A DNA stretch of 64,000 nt from Hydrolagus colliei (lineage: Eukaryota), in assembly GCA_035084275.1 (NCBI GenBank), contig CM068756.1, positions 1,302,001-1,366,000 on the forward strand, given 5' to 3'. The position numbers were made by a program, and so were the translations under genes. Below are positions 14,046 to 26,538 of this stretch, piece by piece. The notes beneath the pieces are model-generated. The model made no database searches. It was not told the origin of the DNA and saw only the letters and a program-made list of their open reading frames with translations. Positions within the stretch are counted from its first letter, which is position 1; every line of letters begins with the position of its first letter.

Positions 14046-14887
14046 CCATGATATCTGGACTCAATCCATCCCGGAATTTAAATATCACCTGCAAATATAT
14101 CTGGTTCAGGGGACCCTGATTGCCATTAAAAAATAATAAATTGAGTATATCGGACCCTTTGATGGAAACTTTTTGGGTTCCTAATTCAATAAACAAGCTG
14201 ACGTCACACTGGTCACCTGAGCGTCATCACCTGAGGCTCTGATTCACTTCGGCGGTAACTATATCAATCCCACTACTCAAATCTCCCCCCACTGTCAGGA
14301 TAAAGGCTGCCCTGACCTGCAGATATTACATAGTGTCCCACAAGTACAATGAATAAAAAGAAATGAAACTCAATGTAATTCGTTGTAAAAAAAAAAAGAC
14401 AGTAAATTGTGGGAGACTTCCTTCCGTGCCTCTTTCACGCCGAAAAACTATGGTTAAATGTGAGGAGATGTAAGAGAAGAAAAAGAGGCGGGTGACAAGG
14501 ACATATAGCCCACGGGTATTGGCGTTTCTCCACACTGCTGACTGCGATTATATACAATGACAACAGAGCTCAATTTAAAGGGACGGTTTAAAAATGTAAA
14601 GAAGGCATTTCACGACGTTGTGCCTGCACATTTTAGACAGCATTACCATGAAGACCAGTCCATCACTGTAACACCCTATGATATGCAATGACCTCTGATA
14701 TGTGACAGGCTGTGTATGACTCTTCCCCAGAATGGACACTCCATACAAGACCTGACTTTTTTTCTTCAGTTGCTCAGGTGAAGCTAACCACGATATAAAA
14801 ATAGATCCCATCTAAAATGCAATTTTGCTGCATTAACCTTAATCAATCTTAATTTTTTAAAATTCAGACATACTAAATAATAATAAT

Positions 14888-15166
14888 TTGGTCACTCAGT
14901 CCACGGCTGTTTGAGGGACACTGCTAAGCGCAATTGGCTACCGTGTTTCACCCACAAAATATGCTGCAATTCTCGCTCCAGTTCCATTGTGCAAAACTAG
15001 CTGAAAATTATTTTCAGTGGGAGAACAAGAGAGAATAAACAAAGGCTTTGTTCGACTAACAAAATACACAATCACTACACTTCACAGTATATCCTTTGAA
15101 GAGCTTTGAGACATCCTCCTGACATGACAGGGTCTCTATCAAATGCAGGGATTATTATTATTATAA
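14888..15166 (+). mobile_element. Two SINE fragments (14888-14961 middle; ~15049-15166 3' end) separated by ~90 bp unrelated sequence
   Basis: GGTCACTCAGTCCACGGCTGTTTGAGGGACACTGCT...CCCACAAAATA, then AAAATACACAATCACTACACTTCACAGTATA...AAATGCAGGGATTATTATTATT. Confidence 0.8.
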
Positions 15167-16339
15167 TTTCAAGTGAGGCACATTTGCAAAATAAACTACT
15201 CATTGCGATAGCACTCAAACACATCAGTCAGTGCACTCAAGGCTTAATCCCACACGGTTACATTAATTACCTGATATTTTATAAATATGCAGATTTAGTG
15301 ACCGACCTCCACTGGTGATGGGCTTTCCAAATTCCTGAGTGGATTTTTCTAATTGTTTATTTTCGCTTATTGTGGAAAGACAATTTTCATTCCCCTAAGG
15401 GTGCTCCCTCTCCAACAGCAACCTCATATATGATTAATGAGTTTTCCTTTAAAATAAGTTTCTCGCTACGAATCAGACTTAAAAAGGAATTACAGTAGTC
15501 CCTGCCAAACTGCGCACTGGACTTTACAAGGAACAAACGACGTGGACAGAAATTCCCAAGCTTTTTCTTGATGAATCCCCATCCTTTCCACAGCTCAAAA
15601 TAAAGCTTTTGTTTTCTTTCGTTAAACCATTTCCTGGAGGGGCAGATTGAAAGCCTTTCGCGTTGAGTTGAGTGGTGAATAGATGAAAAACCAAATCCCA
15701 AAGGAAGTTTCGGTAACTCATAGTCTGGTTACAAATAATAATAAGAGTTTCTATTTCAGGAGGAAGTCAATGTGTGTGTGATGGTGATGGCTCCTCCAAA
15801 TTGGAACAATTCATTCCAAGTCCTATGCTCCGTATCTTATTCAGAAATTAAAAATTTTCCTGAAGCGTTTATCTAATTTTCAGTTTAGCAGTCATTTGTG
15901 AAAAAAAATCTACATTCCGCCAACCATTACTGAAGTAAAAAATTCAAAGATTTCCCTTTTATTCTTCTGGTGCTAATCCTCAATTTATGCCCCGTCATTA
16001 CTGGCTCATGTCTGTCTATCTGTTTGTCTGTCTGTTTTTCTCTCTCACTGTTTACCTGAACCAAATCATCCACAGTTCTGGAAGCTTCAATTAGTGGGGG
16101 TGGGCGAATAACGGACATGGAAATATGGGAGGGGAAGGATGGAATTTACTCTCATACCATCATATTAAAAATAACACGTCTCTTCAAGTTATACTCCCTC
16201 AGTAGCTTCATTAGATGCAACACAACCAAGAGAACAAGTGACAGGGAACATTCAAATACGCTTAAGGAAATGACAGCAGCCAGGCAAACCCACAGCAAGT
16301 GAAACTCAGCTAAAATTCAGGGCTGGGTGGCACTTGTCT

Positions 16340-16500
16340 TTCAGCCGACAGAATAAAATCCTCCTCCCTCTGCTCTGGCTGTAAATGTCTTTACGCTGAA
16401 TGGATTTTGGCAGGTCTCAACTTTGTTACAAGTCAGGTCTGGAGCCCAGAACTGGCCTGAGTTGAGCACTAATTGGCAATTTCGTTCACAGCTAACCGAG
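16340..16500 (+). mobile_element. LF-SINE-like relic (internal part)
   Basis: Contains GCACTAATTGGCA and shares ordered blocks with 49610-49760 (AAA..CTCCTC.CT; TGGCA..TCT; ACTG.CCTG...TTG..CACTAATT). Confidence 0.5.
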
Positions 16501-16585
16501 AAGTGAGATCGGTCAGGAGCAGCCTGTCTGAGGCGGAAAATAAGGGAACGTTGAGAGAACAGGGCGCTGGATTCAACACCTAAAC

Positions 16586-16638
16586 CTGAGATAAGGCTCC
16601 TGCTAGCTTCTCACTGAGATAAGGCTCCTACTAGCTTC
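16586..16638 (+). repeat. Tandem duplication, 28-bp period, 25-bp unit with 1 mismatch
   Basis: CTGAGATAAGGCTCCTGCTAGCTTC-TCA-CTGAGATAAGGCTCCTACTAGCTTC. Confidence 0.95.
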
Positions 16639-16929
16639 GAACTTGGTGCAATTCCACTGCTGTTAGTGATTCAGACTGGCTGCTATCTCAGACCTGCAAC
16701 CTCGTTGCGTTCAGGAGTTCAATGTCCCACACCAAAGCCTTGATGCCAACACCACGGAACCTCAACAATTCAATCCGGTTGACGAAAGCCCACCAAAGAT
16801 GTGACATTTTCCGTGTAAAACAAAACAACGGTTCCAATTCTTCCGTAGTTTGACATCTTACACAAACTGCAAATTCTGTCGTGGAGGTAAACCTTCCACA
16901 AGGAACCCAGTGCTCAAATAGTTGAAAGA

Positions 16930-17350
16930 CTTATTCTGTGCACCTTCAATTTGCCATTTTCCTTTTTCATATCTTATTCTCACCACCAGGCCCTCGACAG
17001 TAATCCTAATGATACACAGCAAATCCACTGACTGTGAATTGAATTCCTTTCTAGAGGTTGCTGTGCAAGACTCCGCCCTGCTTCCTTTACTCCAGGTGAG
17101 CGAGAATTTCATTCCCTCCTCACTTAATGCATTCGCCCTCTATTTTTAAATGACCTAATTCGAAAACTTAATCACTGTCTTGTCACCTCGTGGCTCTATC
17201 TCCAATGTGGAAAATAAGTTTTTATTTCAGTAGCTAAATATTTTTTTTTTTGCTTGGCATCGAATGTCGTAATTATAAGGGAAACTACACAAATACCCCC
17301 AAATCTTTTGAGGTTTGAAACTTTTCCAGATTTGACCAGCCTTCTGAGAA
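16930..17350 (-). mobile_element. Highly degenerate CR1-like LINE 3' region
   Basis: Scattered CR1-like blocks on the minus strand (ACGAGGTGACA ~ TRGH motif; GATATGAAAAAGGAAAATGG 3'UTR-like); no intact frame. Confidence 0.4.
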
Positions 17351-20300
17351 TATCTGGACTGGATGCGAGGGAACCATTTCCACAGACTGATCAATAGGTG
17401 CAGTTGCTAACGTTAGCTTGTGTCAACGTGATGGATAATTTACAGTGATGTGCCACTCTAAATAAAGTGTGATTGTAGTAAGACAGGGTCCCAGTGAATA
17501 TTAAGAAACCCTTGGGTTGTTGCAAGCTGTCTTTCAAAGTGCTCAATGCCACCTTTTCCATTGGATGTTTACCACAATTACAGGCTGACAATGGTTGCAG
17601 GTTATGTTCAGGGCTGTTGAATCTCTGTTCTCTGTGGCATTGATATCCTTTGATAAGCAGATTCCCTCCATCCTCCACCACCCACCTCAAAAAGAGGAGA
17701 AAGGTTCAGCTCAGTCCCACTGTAAACTATTTACAATCCCGGTCTGCGTGAGATACTGAAAAGATGCGGTCTCTGTGAATTACAACACCTGCAAAGACCT
17801 TAATAATTTGAATGCCCATTGATGCATGGAAGTTCTTTAATTCATTTTTAATAAAAAGAAAAAAAATACATCCTTTCTTTTTTACTCCTCTGCCTGTTAT
17901 GCCAAAGTGTGGCTTTGGGTATTCAGGTGATTCTCTCAATGCTTCAGATTCTGACAAGATTCGAACAGTTTTCAAAAAACAGGAGGTTAATAAGAGAACA
18001 AGTCCCCATCAAGCGACTGAGTCTAATTCAACTGACACTGATGAGAATCAATGTTCCTTCGAATGCATTACTTGGCAGAAACAGGCTTTTGTCCCCAAAC
18101 TCATCCAGCGAAAATGATGCCCTTCAAACAATAGTAAGAGGTGAAAATAAAGAGAGACCAGATTTCAGTTTATTCTCTTTCATAGAGCAAATGGATTCTG
18201 TGCACTTTATACATTAATCAATCAATAACATGGACAGTGCATCAGGAACAAGGCAAAGTTATGAATGACCTTTTAAACAAAAGGACGCTCTAATGCTCAT
18301 AAGACTGCTCATAGCTTAGGAACTTTCTGGCTTTTATTCTCATGATTAACCCTCTGAGGCACTCGGCCATTTTTGCTGCACTAAATGCAGTAATATGACA
18401 AGTTTAGTTATTTGTGACAATAAATGGGACACTCCACATAGGGTTATGTATCTGGATGTTTTATATGTTATTACTATTATTATGTATAGTATTATTGTCG
18501 AGTTATTTACACTGATTTGAGCACAATCGTTCTATTCTCAGGACTATGAGAGTGGGAGGGCAAAAGTCTGCTTCAAAAGGCAAACCTGCCCAGTTTTTCT
18601 CTAACCATGGCCTGAACTGGCAGTTAACCCTAACCGCAGCAAAGAGATAAAGACTGAGCAGCGGACTTACACTCGGTTAGATAATGTGTCAGCCAGATGT
18701 AATGATCCCACCTCGGTCTAATTCATTTTGACCCCGATCTTCTGGACAACGATGCTGTCCAGAGCTTCCATCCTCGTTGATATCTAATTGCTATTTAATT
18801 CAAGAATCAATCACAGAACATCATAACCCTACTGTACCGAGACTGGTAAAACACATCACCCTTGGGGCCATTAACAGCCATAGGCGACAGGTGACCCCCT
18901 GCTTCCCTTGTAATTCGCATGAGAAGAAGAGTAGTAACTTGGGGGTTGTGGTCCGAGAATGCTAAACTTAGGACTTTCATTAGATGAGAGAATCATTTGC
19001 CACAAAGAATTAGCAAAACTGCTAATTCGCAATAACACGATCGCTGAATATTGCAGTATGTAAGAGTATACCAGAGGAAAGAAGGAAAAAAAAATCAATC
19101 AATATTAGAGGCTAATATGGAATATAGCGTAAAAAAAATCATTTAACTGCAGAGATGTCATCAGCTAAGTGAACAACATAATTAAAACAGTATAGAATAT
19201 GGTGCAAAAAGCCTTTTAATAGATCTGAGTTTTCTTAAAAGCCCTTAAGCAAAGAGATTGGAAATGGTGCAAATACATGACCCTGGGAGATTGATGCAAA
19301 TCACTGTCCTCAGTCACATGAAAGCTAATGAAAGTGGGCCACTGTAATGAGATTCAAAGCCTCTCATATTATCCTTATGAAGGCAGACAAAAAAAAAATA
19401 TGTAGAGCTACCAGTGTAATGTTTGAAAATGTGCCCTCTCTGCAGTACTGTCGGGAGATTTCACTGAACGCCATCCCAAAGCGCGTCAATATCACTCCCT
19501 GCCCTTCACCTCCGGAGAGAACCAGGTACGGAATCGAGCATCAGAAAATTACAGATCAAAGTCAGAGATGCTCTGACTCTTTATTTGTGGTTGGGTTTTT
19601 TTGCGGAATCCATTTTGTGCCATTTTGCACGAAAAGCACCGAGGCTGATTGTTTGAAGTGTTAAATTGAAAATCTGAAGGTGAATGTGAGGAGTGATGAC
19701 TCGGATGCTCGACGTTAATCTGCGCCCTGAAATATTACCATTTGGAATTCACAGCCATATCCAGCAAACCTGAAAAGTGTTCCACGTTCCCAATGCCGAG
19801 GCAGCAGAACAAAACAGCTTGGCTTCAGGGTTGAAGATTTGGACATTACAGGGAGGAAGACGAAGAAATATTTCTTCATCCAGTGGGTAAATAACAACCA
19901 GAGAGTGCAACCAGGTTGCCAGATTCACTTAAAAGAAATAATATGGTACTATAGGGGTAGGATGGGTATTCTGGAAGAGTGAAATCAAACACCTGAACCA
20001 CTCTTGTGATTTTCCTGTCTCAGACCACTCTCCCACTTTTTTTTTTAACTAAGAAAACACACACCACCACAATGCAGAACAGAGCAGGCTTTCACCTCAA
20101 GCATTTGGATTTAAAAAACTTCTCGCTTTTTGGCATATCTATGTCTTTTATCAGCTTTTGGCTCATGCATTGAGAAAAGGGCGAAATTAGCTGCGGCTCT
20201 TGAATACCTGTTGGTGTCGTTTTCGGTCAAACTAGGTACGGAATCAAATCAAAAGGTTCATCCAGGAGACCAACGTATGATGCGGTGGAATAACGGGAGA

Positions 20301-20840
20301 CTGTCGCAGAGACTTACAACTGGAACACAGAGCATGTGCCAAACGTAGCACAAAAGAAGGGAGGAAAGATATGAGAGAAAGGGTGTGTGGCCACCAAACT
20401 CCTCGTGAGGAATAGTGGCATTGGGCGTGGGCTGGAAACCAAACAGGGTTTCCTTACATGTTCCCGAAATAGGTTTATTGGACAGTGGAGCCAAATTCCA
20501 ACAATGCATGTGTTTCTATTGCAGTTTTAATAGAACATCAGTTTCCAACATTAATCTTTCAATCTGTGTTCTGGGTGTTCAGCGAACTACTGTTGTTTAA
20601 TCTTGTATTTTAAAAAAGTGCTTTTAAAAATGAAAAATAAAGGTACAAAAAATAGCAATTCTCCCCCATTTCATCCTATTGATGTTTAGTCTGTCCCATT
20701 ACCATTTGAGGCAAATTATATTTCATTGATATTAAGGCAAAAATAATATTCCTTGCGTTTGATCCAGAGAATTTTACATTGACAATGATGTCTAAAAATG
20801 TCCTTCATACTATAAAGTGCGGTGACTTTGTAGGGATATT

Positions 20841-21198
20841 ATAATAATAATCCTTGCATTTGATATAGTGCCTTATCTGATCTCCAAGACATCTCAAAGT
20901 GCTTTACACAATGTACTGTAAAATGAATTCACCGTATATTTTGTGGGCGAAATGCAGCAGCCAATTATGTACAGCAGTGTCCCACAAATTGTTATGGATT
21001 GAAATGACCAATTTATTATTATTATTATTTTGAAGGCATCATTACCCACGGAAAAGCGATCCGCCAATCGACAAACAATCAGATTCCTACTTACTGCTGA
21101 GTAAACAGAGGCGTGCGGAGTAAAGCAACTTGCCCAATAATTTGCCATGCCTGGAAATGAACCCGGGTCTCTCACAGCTCACTGAGCTACAGGACTCC
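20841..21198 (-). mobile_element. Full-length SINE, long variant with extra 62-nt internal segment
   Basis: Same head (GGAGTCCTGTAGCTCAGTG) and tail as 4259-4572, plus segment 21047-21108 absent from the other copies. Confidence 0.92.
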
Positions 21199-22236
21199 AT
21201 TATTCGGGAAAATCCAGTCTATAAGGGACTGGCTGAGCACAGTGACAGTGGATTCCTGTGCAAGATTTCAGCGATGATTGCAAACTTCATTTCAGCTTAC
21301 ATTTTGTTTTGCTCAAGCGCTCAAATCACATGGAAAATAAAAGGCGGCAGACAGGCAGATGAAAAAAAAACCCTCCTCGTTCCCTCAAACATATTTTGCG
21401 AAGAAGCCATCTGGCAATACTTCTGCTCTTTTTTAACGGTCAAAAAAAAAACACTTAAAAATCCAAGCATTCCAGGGGATTTCTCATCTCTTTTGCTTGC
21501 AATTAATTATGCAACAGTTCTGTTGGTTATTTTGTGTTACTTGGAACAAAAAAACCAAACTGCCGTGGTATCGCGACTTCTCGCAAGTGTGACTTAATAG
21601 GATTTGTTAGAATAAAAAATATAAGGAAAAGCTTTTTGAGAAAATCAGAGCTCGAGACAAAAGGAAAGGGGGCAAAATTTGGTGAAGCGAGCACAGATAA
21701 GACCGCATTTTCTTCCTGGCTGACTTAGGAAGTGAAGTGTGAAGACTGAGTGGAACGGACAGCCTCTGTACTGTGATAACTGAAAGGGAAGAATCAGGTT
21801 AAGAGCAGAAATTAATGCTATTATGTACTTACAATAGAAGCTGCCAAATGACTGCTACTAAGAGGAAGAGGGGAAAAAGCAAGATGGCGATTTCTGCCCC
21901 TTAACACACACACACACACACACACATACACACACACACCAGACACAAGATTACAGAGTGCCTGCGTGTGTGTGTGTGTACATTTGTGGGTGTGCGATTG
22001 TGTTTCTTCTGATAAAAAAAAAAACTGCTACCAACATATTTCTAGCTGTAAAAGAATCTGTGTGGTTTGGCTGAAAGAGGATTAGCCTAATTGTGATTTT
22101 GTTTTGCAGCCAAACACACAAAAACACTGCGAGACATCTGCACCAAGCACTTTGCTTCCCACAGCATTTAGTTTTAGCTAAATAATTTAAAAAGGAGAAA
22201 GTTACGAACATTTTATGGGTCTTTTTATTGTGTGCG

Positions 22237-22263
22237 GGTGGGTGGGTGGGTGGGTGGGTGGGA
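22237..22263 (+). repeat. (GGGT)n tract, G-quadruplex-forming
   Basis: Seven GGG runs separated by single T. Confidence 0.9.
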
Positions 22264-22599
22264 TGGGAGGATGGTCCACCCTTGACTCCCACGTGGGGGG
22301 ATCTGCAGTGTGCCCATTGGCACCATAAAGTGACCATTCTCCATGTGCAAAACCTGCCTATTGAATCCCAAGGGAGCATCACAGCCAGGTCAAACACTGT
22401 CATCACCAGACTCTATCGCACACTTTCAGTGAGCACTACCGGATAGCAGTCTGGAGTTTTTTTTTGATTGATATTTTTTCATCTTCTGCCTGGGGAAAGT
22501 TTACTGCCGCCCAGTTGTGATTGGGTAACTCCAAACACACTGGGGCTTGAATTCTCTAGCTCTGTGTGGCTGAAGATTCAATCATGACCTAGCAAACCT

Positions 22600-22918
22600 G
22601 GAGTCCTGTAGCCCGGTGGTTAGAGCACTCGTCTTACAAGCGTGAGACCTGGGTTCGAATCCCAGCAGGGGTGAAACCTTGGGCAAGTTTCCCTACTCCA
22701 AATGCCTAATAATAATCCGTCAAAAAAACAACCTATGATACATTGGTCATTTCAATCCACGACCGTTTGTGGGACACTGCTGTGCGCAATTGGCTACTGC
22801 GTTTCGCCCACAAATATATAGTCAATTGACTTTACAGTGTATTCTGTGAAGTGCTTTGTGACATCTAGCAGACATGAAAAGTGCTATATCAAAGACAAGG
22901 ATTATTATTATTATTATT
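22600..22918 (+). mobile_element. Full-length SINE
   Basis: GGAGTCCTGTAGCCCGGTGGTTAGAGC head, perfect B box GGTTCGAATCC at 22652-22662, (TTA)n tail. Confidence 0.95.
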
Positions 22919-23284
22919 GTCTGAGCCATCATAAACAGTACCTTTTACGAGTAAACCAACAGGCAAAGATTAGGAAGTTTTTCTTTGATCAGCCCATTGT
23001 AAATGTTTACTCAGTGACTTCTCAATTATGTGATGAGTAGCAAATGTAAGGATTATTATTATAATTCGGCTTCTGGTAAAAACAGCACTGTCAGGCTGAA
23101 TGTGCTGATGTATTACTGGTTGTTGTCAGCCCACAAGGGGGTGTGGTCAGGGACCCAAGGAGTCATGTAGGTGTTGGACGCAGATGGCGAGAGAGATATG
23201 GATGGCTCACTGTTCCATTACTCCCATGGCTCCTTCCACTTTCCCTCTCCTTGAGCTCCCTCACATGAAGACTCCAGCCACAGA

Positions 23285-23485
23285 AACAACAGCAAAATTA
23301 CACTTGTACAGCGCCTTTCACGTCAGGAGGACGTCCCAAGGCGCTGGACAGTCGTTGTTTTCGGAAACCATTTAGGGAACTATCCCAGCGCTGAGAGCTG
23401 GGACGCTCGCGACCTCTACAACAACAACAACAACAACAAATTACATATGTACAGAGATTTTCACAACAGGAAGATGTCCCAAGAT
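23285..23485 (-). mobile_element. Two tail-only L2 fragments (23285-23352, 23417-23485)
   Basis: (CAA)n-AAATTACA..TGTACAGCGCCTTTCACGTCAGGAGGACGTCCCAAGGCGCTG; same tail as the L2 at 8484. Confidence 0.75.
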
Positions 23486-23871
23486 GTTATACAGCTGCAC
23501 TGTTTCCATCGGAATAGCGCATATTAGTGTGCAGAGCGATCAGAACCCTCCCACCACAACAACGGAAAATGGGGCGGGGGGGGGGGGGGGGGGGGGGATC
23601 GGCCATTCTGCACATATAACTCAAACCTCAATTGCCAAAAGGCGTGAAAACTGGACCGAACTTGGTCGAGTTAAAGCTCTTTTCCATTCCATGAACATTA
23701 TGGATGAACCTCAGCTGAGCTGAGCATCAATAGAGACGGGCAATATTCAGAGCTCACCCATTGGCAAAGTGGGTAAGATCCCTTCACTGCTCGGGTTAGC
23801 TCCTGTAATTAAGGATCCTTGAAACCTCCTGAATGTCAAAAGGTTTATCGACGTTGAAGTCGCTCTATATC

Positions 23872-24080
23872 TAATAATAATAATCCTTGCATTCAATATT
23901 GTACTTTTCATGTCTTCTAGACATCTCAAGCACTTCACGGAATATACTGTAAAGTGAATTGATTGTATATTGTGTGGGTGAAATGAGGCAGCCAACTGCG
24001 TACAGCAGTGTTCCACAAACCGTCAGGGTTTGAGGTGACCAATTTTTTATTATTGTTTTTGAGGGATTCTTATCAGGCTT
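23872..24080 (-). mobile_element. 5'-truncated SINE
   Basis: Tail ATAATAATAATCCTTGCATT... through GAGGGATTCTTATCAGGC; tRNA head missing. Confidence 0.9.
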
Positions 24081-24102
24081 GAATTATTATCAGGTTATAT
24101 AT

Positions 24103-24160
24103 TATCATTTATATTATATATACTGTAATAAAACTACATGGGTACACACCAATTGCAGAC
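24103..24160 (+). repeat. Copy 1 of a 58-bp perfect direct repeat
   Basis: TATCATTTATATTATATATACTGTAATAAAACTACATGGGTACACACCAATTGCAGAC, identical to 25306-25363. Confidence 0.97.
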
Positions 24161-24642
24161 TAATAACCATTCCAGACTTGGGAAGCAGAAAATGCATAGC
24201 ACCAAAGCCTACTTAATTTGATTTAAAAAAATCATGGCCATTATTTTTGTTTTTTTTAAAAAAACACACACAAATATACTGATAGGTTCCCCTAAAAGGT
24301 TAATCAGAGAATAGTGAAATGCTGCGACATGCTGGGAATCAGTGTCCTTGCAGAACACCTTTTATTATTCCGAAATTATCAGTTACATTGCATCAGGATT
24401 CTTTTTATATTGTGTAGTGGGTGTGAGATTACTTGATTAAAGATTCATGGAATCATATTTTTCGCTGTTGCTAAGCTGCCTTATCAGTCTGGCTACTTAT
24501 TTATTTATTGCAAAAACGAGGGTCAGTGTCGGCTGATGAGAAAAAAAAGCAAATTTGTGCATCAACTGACCTCCTGGCGACAATAAGTTATAGCTGGAGG
24601 TGTGGTAACAGCTCTGCTTTCAGGAATCAAAATAAATTGGTT

Positions 24643-24686
<44 letters not shown>

Positions 24687-25261
24687 GACCGAGAGAGAAA
24701 GCTCGTAAACCAATGCTTCAGCTGACGTAAGAAAAAGCAATTTAAAATAGCTAGAAATATAAATTGGCAGGGCGAAGAGAAACTAAAATAATAATAAAAA
24801 AAGATCCATTCAAAAAAACATTGCCAAGCATATAAAGTCAGATCTAAAATACCCATAGGCAGGCTTTATTGTACTGTGAAATGAAAGGAATATAAAAGCA
24901 TCCCAGCGCAGCTTACTCCCATCATTTCCGAAAGGTCATCAGGAGACAGCAGTGACCTTGAGCTTCCACCTTTGCCTGATTAGTGGTTCAGTGGAGTGTG
25001 CCAATCTCTGGGGTCAGATAGAGAGAAATGAAAAATGGCCTGATCTAACCTTATTTTCATTCCAGGGCTTCCTTCAGACAGCTGCTAAGAAGCCGGGTTA
25101 TATATTCGGTTAGCGATTTTAATGCTTCCTCGGGTTGGGTTTATCTGCCGTCCGCTGGCCGTACATATTCAAAGAAACACAATGTGGTCACATCAACAAA
25201 AATTATGCCACCGCCTGACCTTAATCAATAAGCGCAAGGACGTGAATATTATCTTTTATCT

Positions 25262-25307
25262 TATTCTCGGTATTAGCCTAACCAGCATTAGGCTAATACC
25301 GAGAATA
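25262..25307. repeat. Perfect inverted repeat, 20-bp arms, 6-nt loop
   Basis: TATTCTCGGTATTAGCCTAA-CCAGCA-TTAGGCTAATACCGAGAATA. Confidence 0.97.
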
Positions 25308-25363
25308 TCATTTATATTATATATACTGTAATAAAACTACATGGGTACACACCAATTGCAGAC
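25306..25363 (+). repeat. Copy 2 of the 58-bp perfect direct repeat
   Basis: Identical to 24103-24160, 1203 bp downstream. Confidence 0.97.
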
Positions 25364-25949
25364 AGAACAGAAGCAGCAGCAACGGGGTTCAGGTTAACAT
25401 CCAATGAGAGAAAAATTGACGGTCCCAAATAATTATATTTTCAGAATTTTTTATTCCTTTCTCACTCAGCACAAGTGTTGGAGAGTTGGGAGTGGGTGGG
25501 GTGGGTCAATGATTTGTTTATTTTTCAGTGTCCCTGTCAAATGCTTCTGGTTTTAAAGAGAAATTCATTTCAGAAAACATTTGGCGGGTTGAAATCTAAA
25601 AAAGAACCTATTCACCACCGCACGCACGCATTAAATGAAATGAAATTCAATCGTGAAAGGTGCTTCTCTTCTCTTTCCCTCCAGTCTGCATAAATAAGAT
25701 TGAAAAATATCGAAAAGCCAATTTGCAGAATATTAGAACGTCGTTCATTTACAAAATATCCTCTGCCTCGCTACCCTTCCAAGTAAAAGGCTTTAAAATC
25801 CCTAATGGCCACTAAGCAGAGCATCTCTCGTTAAAGGGGCCTCCATTTAATAGATTCGCTTACCGATCAGAAAGGAATATCAGGAGCGTAATGGTGAATC
25901 TGCCATTTATTAACATTTTTTAAAATAAAAATCGTCATTGTTGCCTTAA

Positions 25950-26010
25950 ACCACTGGGACGTCCTCTCGACATGAAAGGCACTATATATGTAAATTTGTC
26001 TTGTATTGTT
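25950..26010 (+). mobile_element. Tail-only L2 fragment
   Basis: CTGGGACGTCCTCTCGACATGAAAGGCACTATATATGTAAATTTGTCTTGT. Confidence 0.7.
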
Positions 26011-26538
26011 TGCATCTCCTTGTAACTTGCAATTTTTGCCAGTTTCCTTTATCTTTTGATGATCCCTCCCCACACCCCGACAGAACTCGTCATCTCTCGG
26101 GCTCGTGGGTCATTCCCGAAGCCACTTCAAATACAGAACCAGACGGGAGGACGGTGGATGTGCTCTCACTCACTCTCTCCATTAAAACACTTCTGTACTA
26201 ATTCAGTGTAAAACTATGTCTTAAAGGATTGCATGGCTACACCGGTGAATACTCCTCGCACAGTTATTTTAGTTCAAACCTAACGTATAGCTAACATGAA
26301 ACAATGCTTCCCAACTGTGCAGTTTGGTCGCTGGTTGTTGCCATGGCAAAGTTATGGTGGATGCTAAACATTACGAGCTATTCGAAAGAAGGAGGCATTG
26401 GTGTGTCACTGACAAGGAGCGAAAACCATATTTTAAAAAGAAAAATTAAACTTGGTAATGATTTACAGAACTCCACCTTCAGGAATGTCTACAAACTGCA
26501 CAGCTGGAACTCAACCCAGTCTACTCCAAGCAACCGGT

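Noticed and set aside
14954-15066. ACAAAATA direct repeat as an 8-bp target-site duplication around a 97-bp insert
   Set aside because: The second fragment already matches SINE consensus upstream of the repeat (TTCGACTAACAAAATA ~ TTCGCCCACAAAATA), so these are two overlapping SINE fragments rather than a TSD.
23131-23144. CTCF-like CCACAAGGGGGTGT
   Set aside because: Single imperfect match, expected by chance in 64 kb; cannot be supported without a PWM score or ChIP data.
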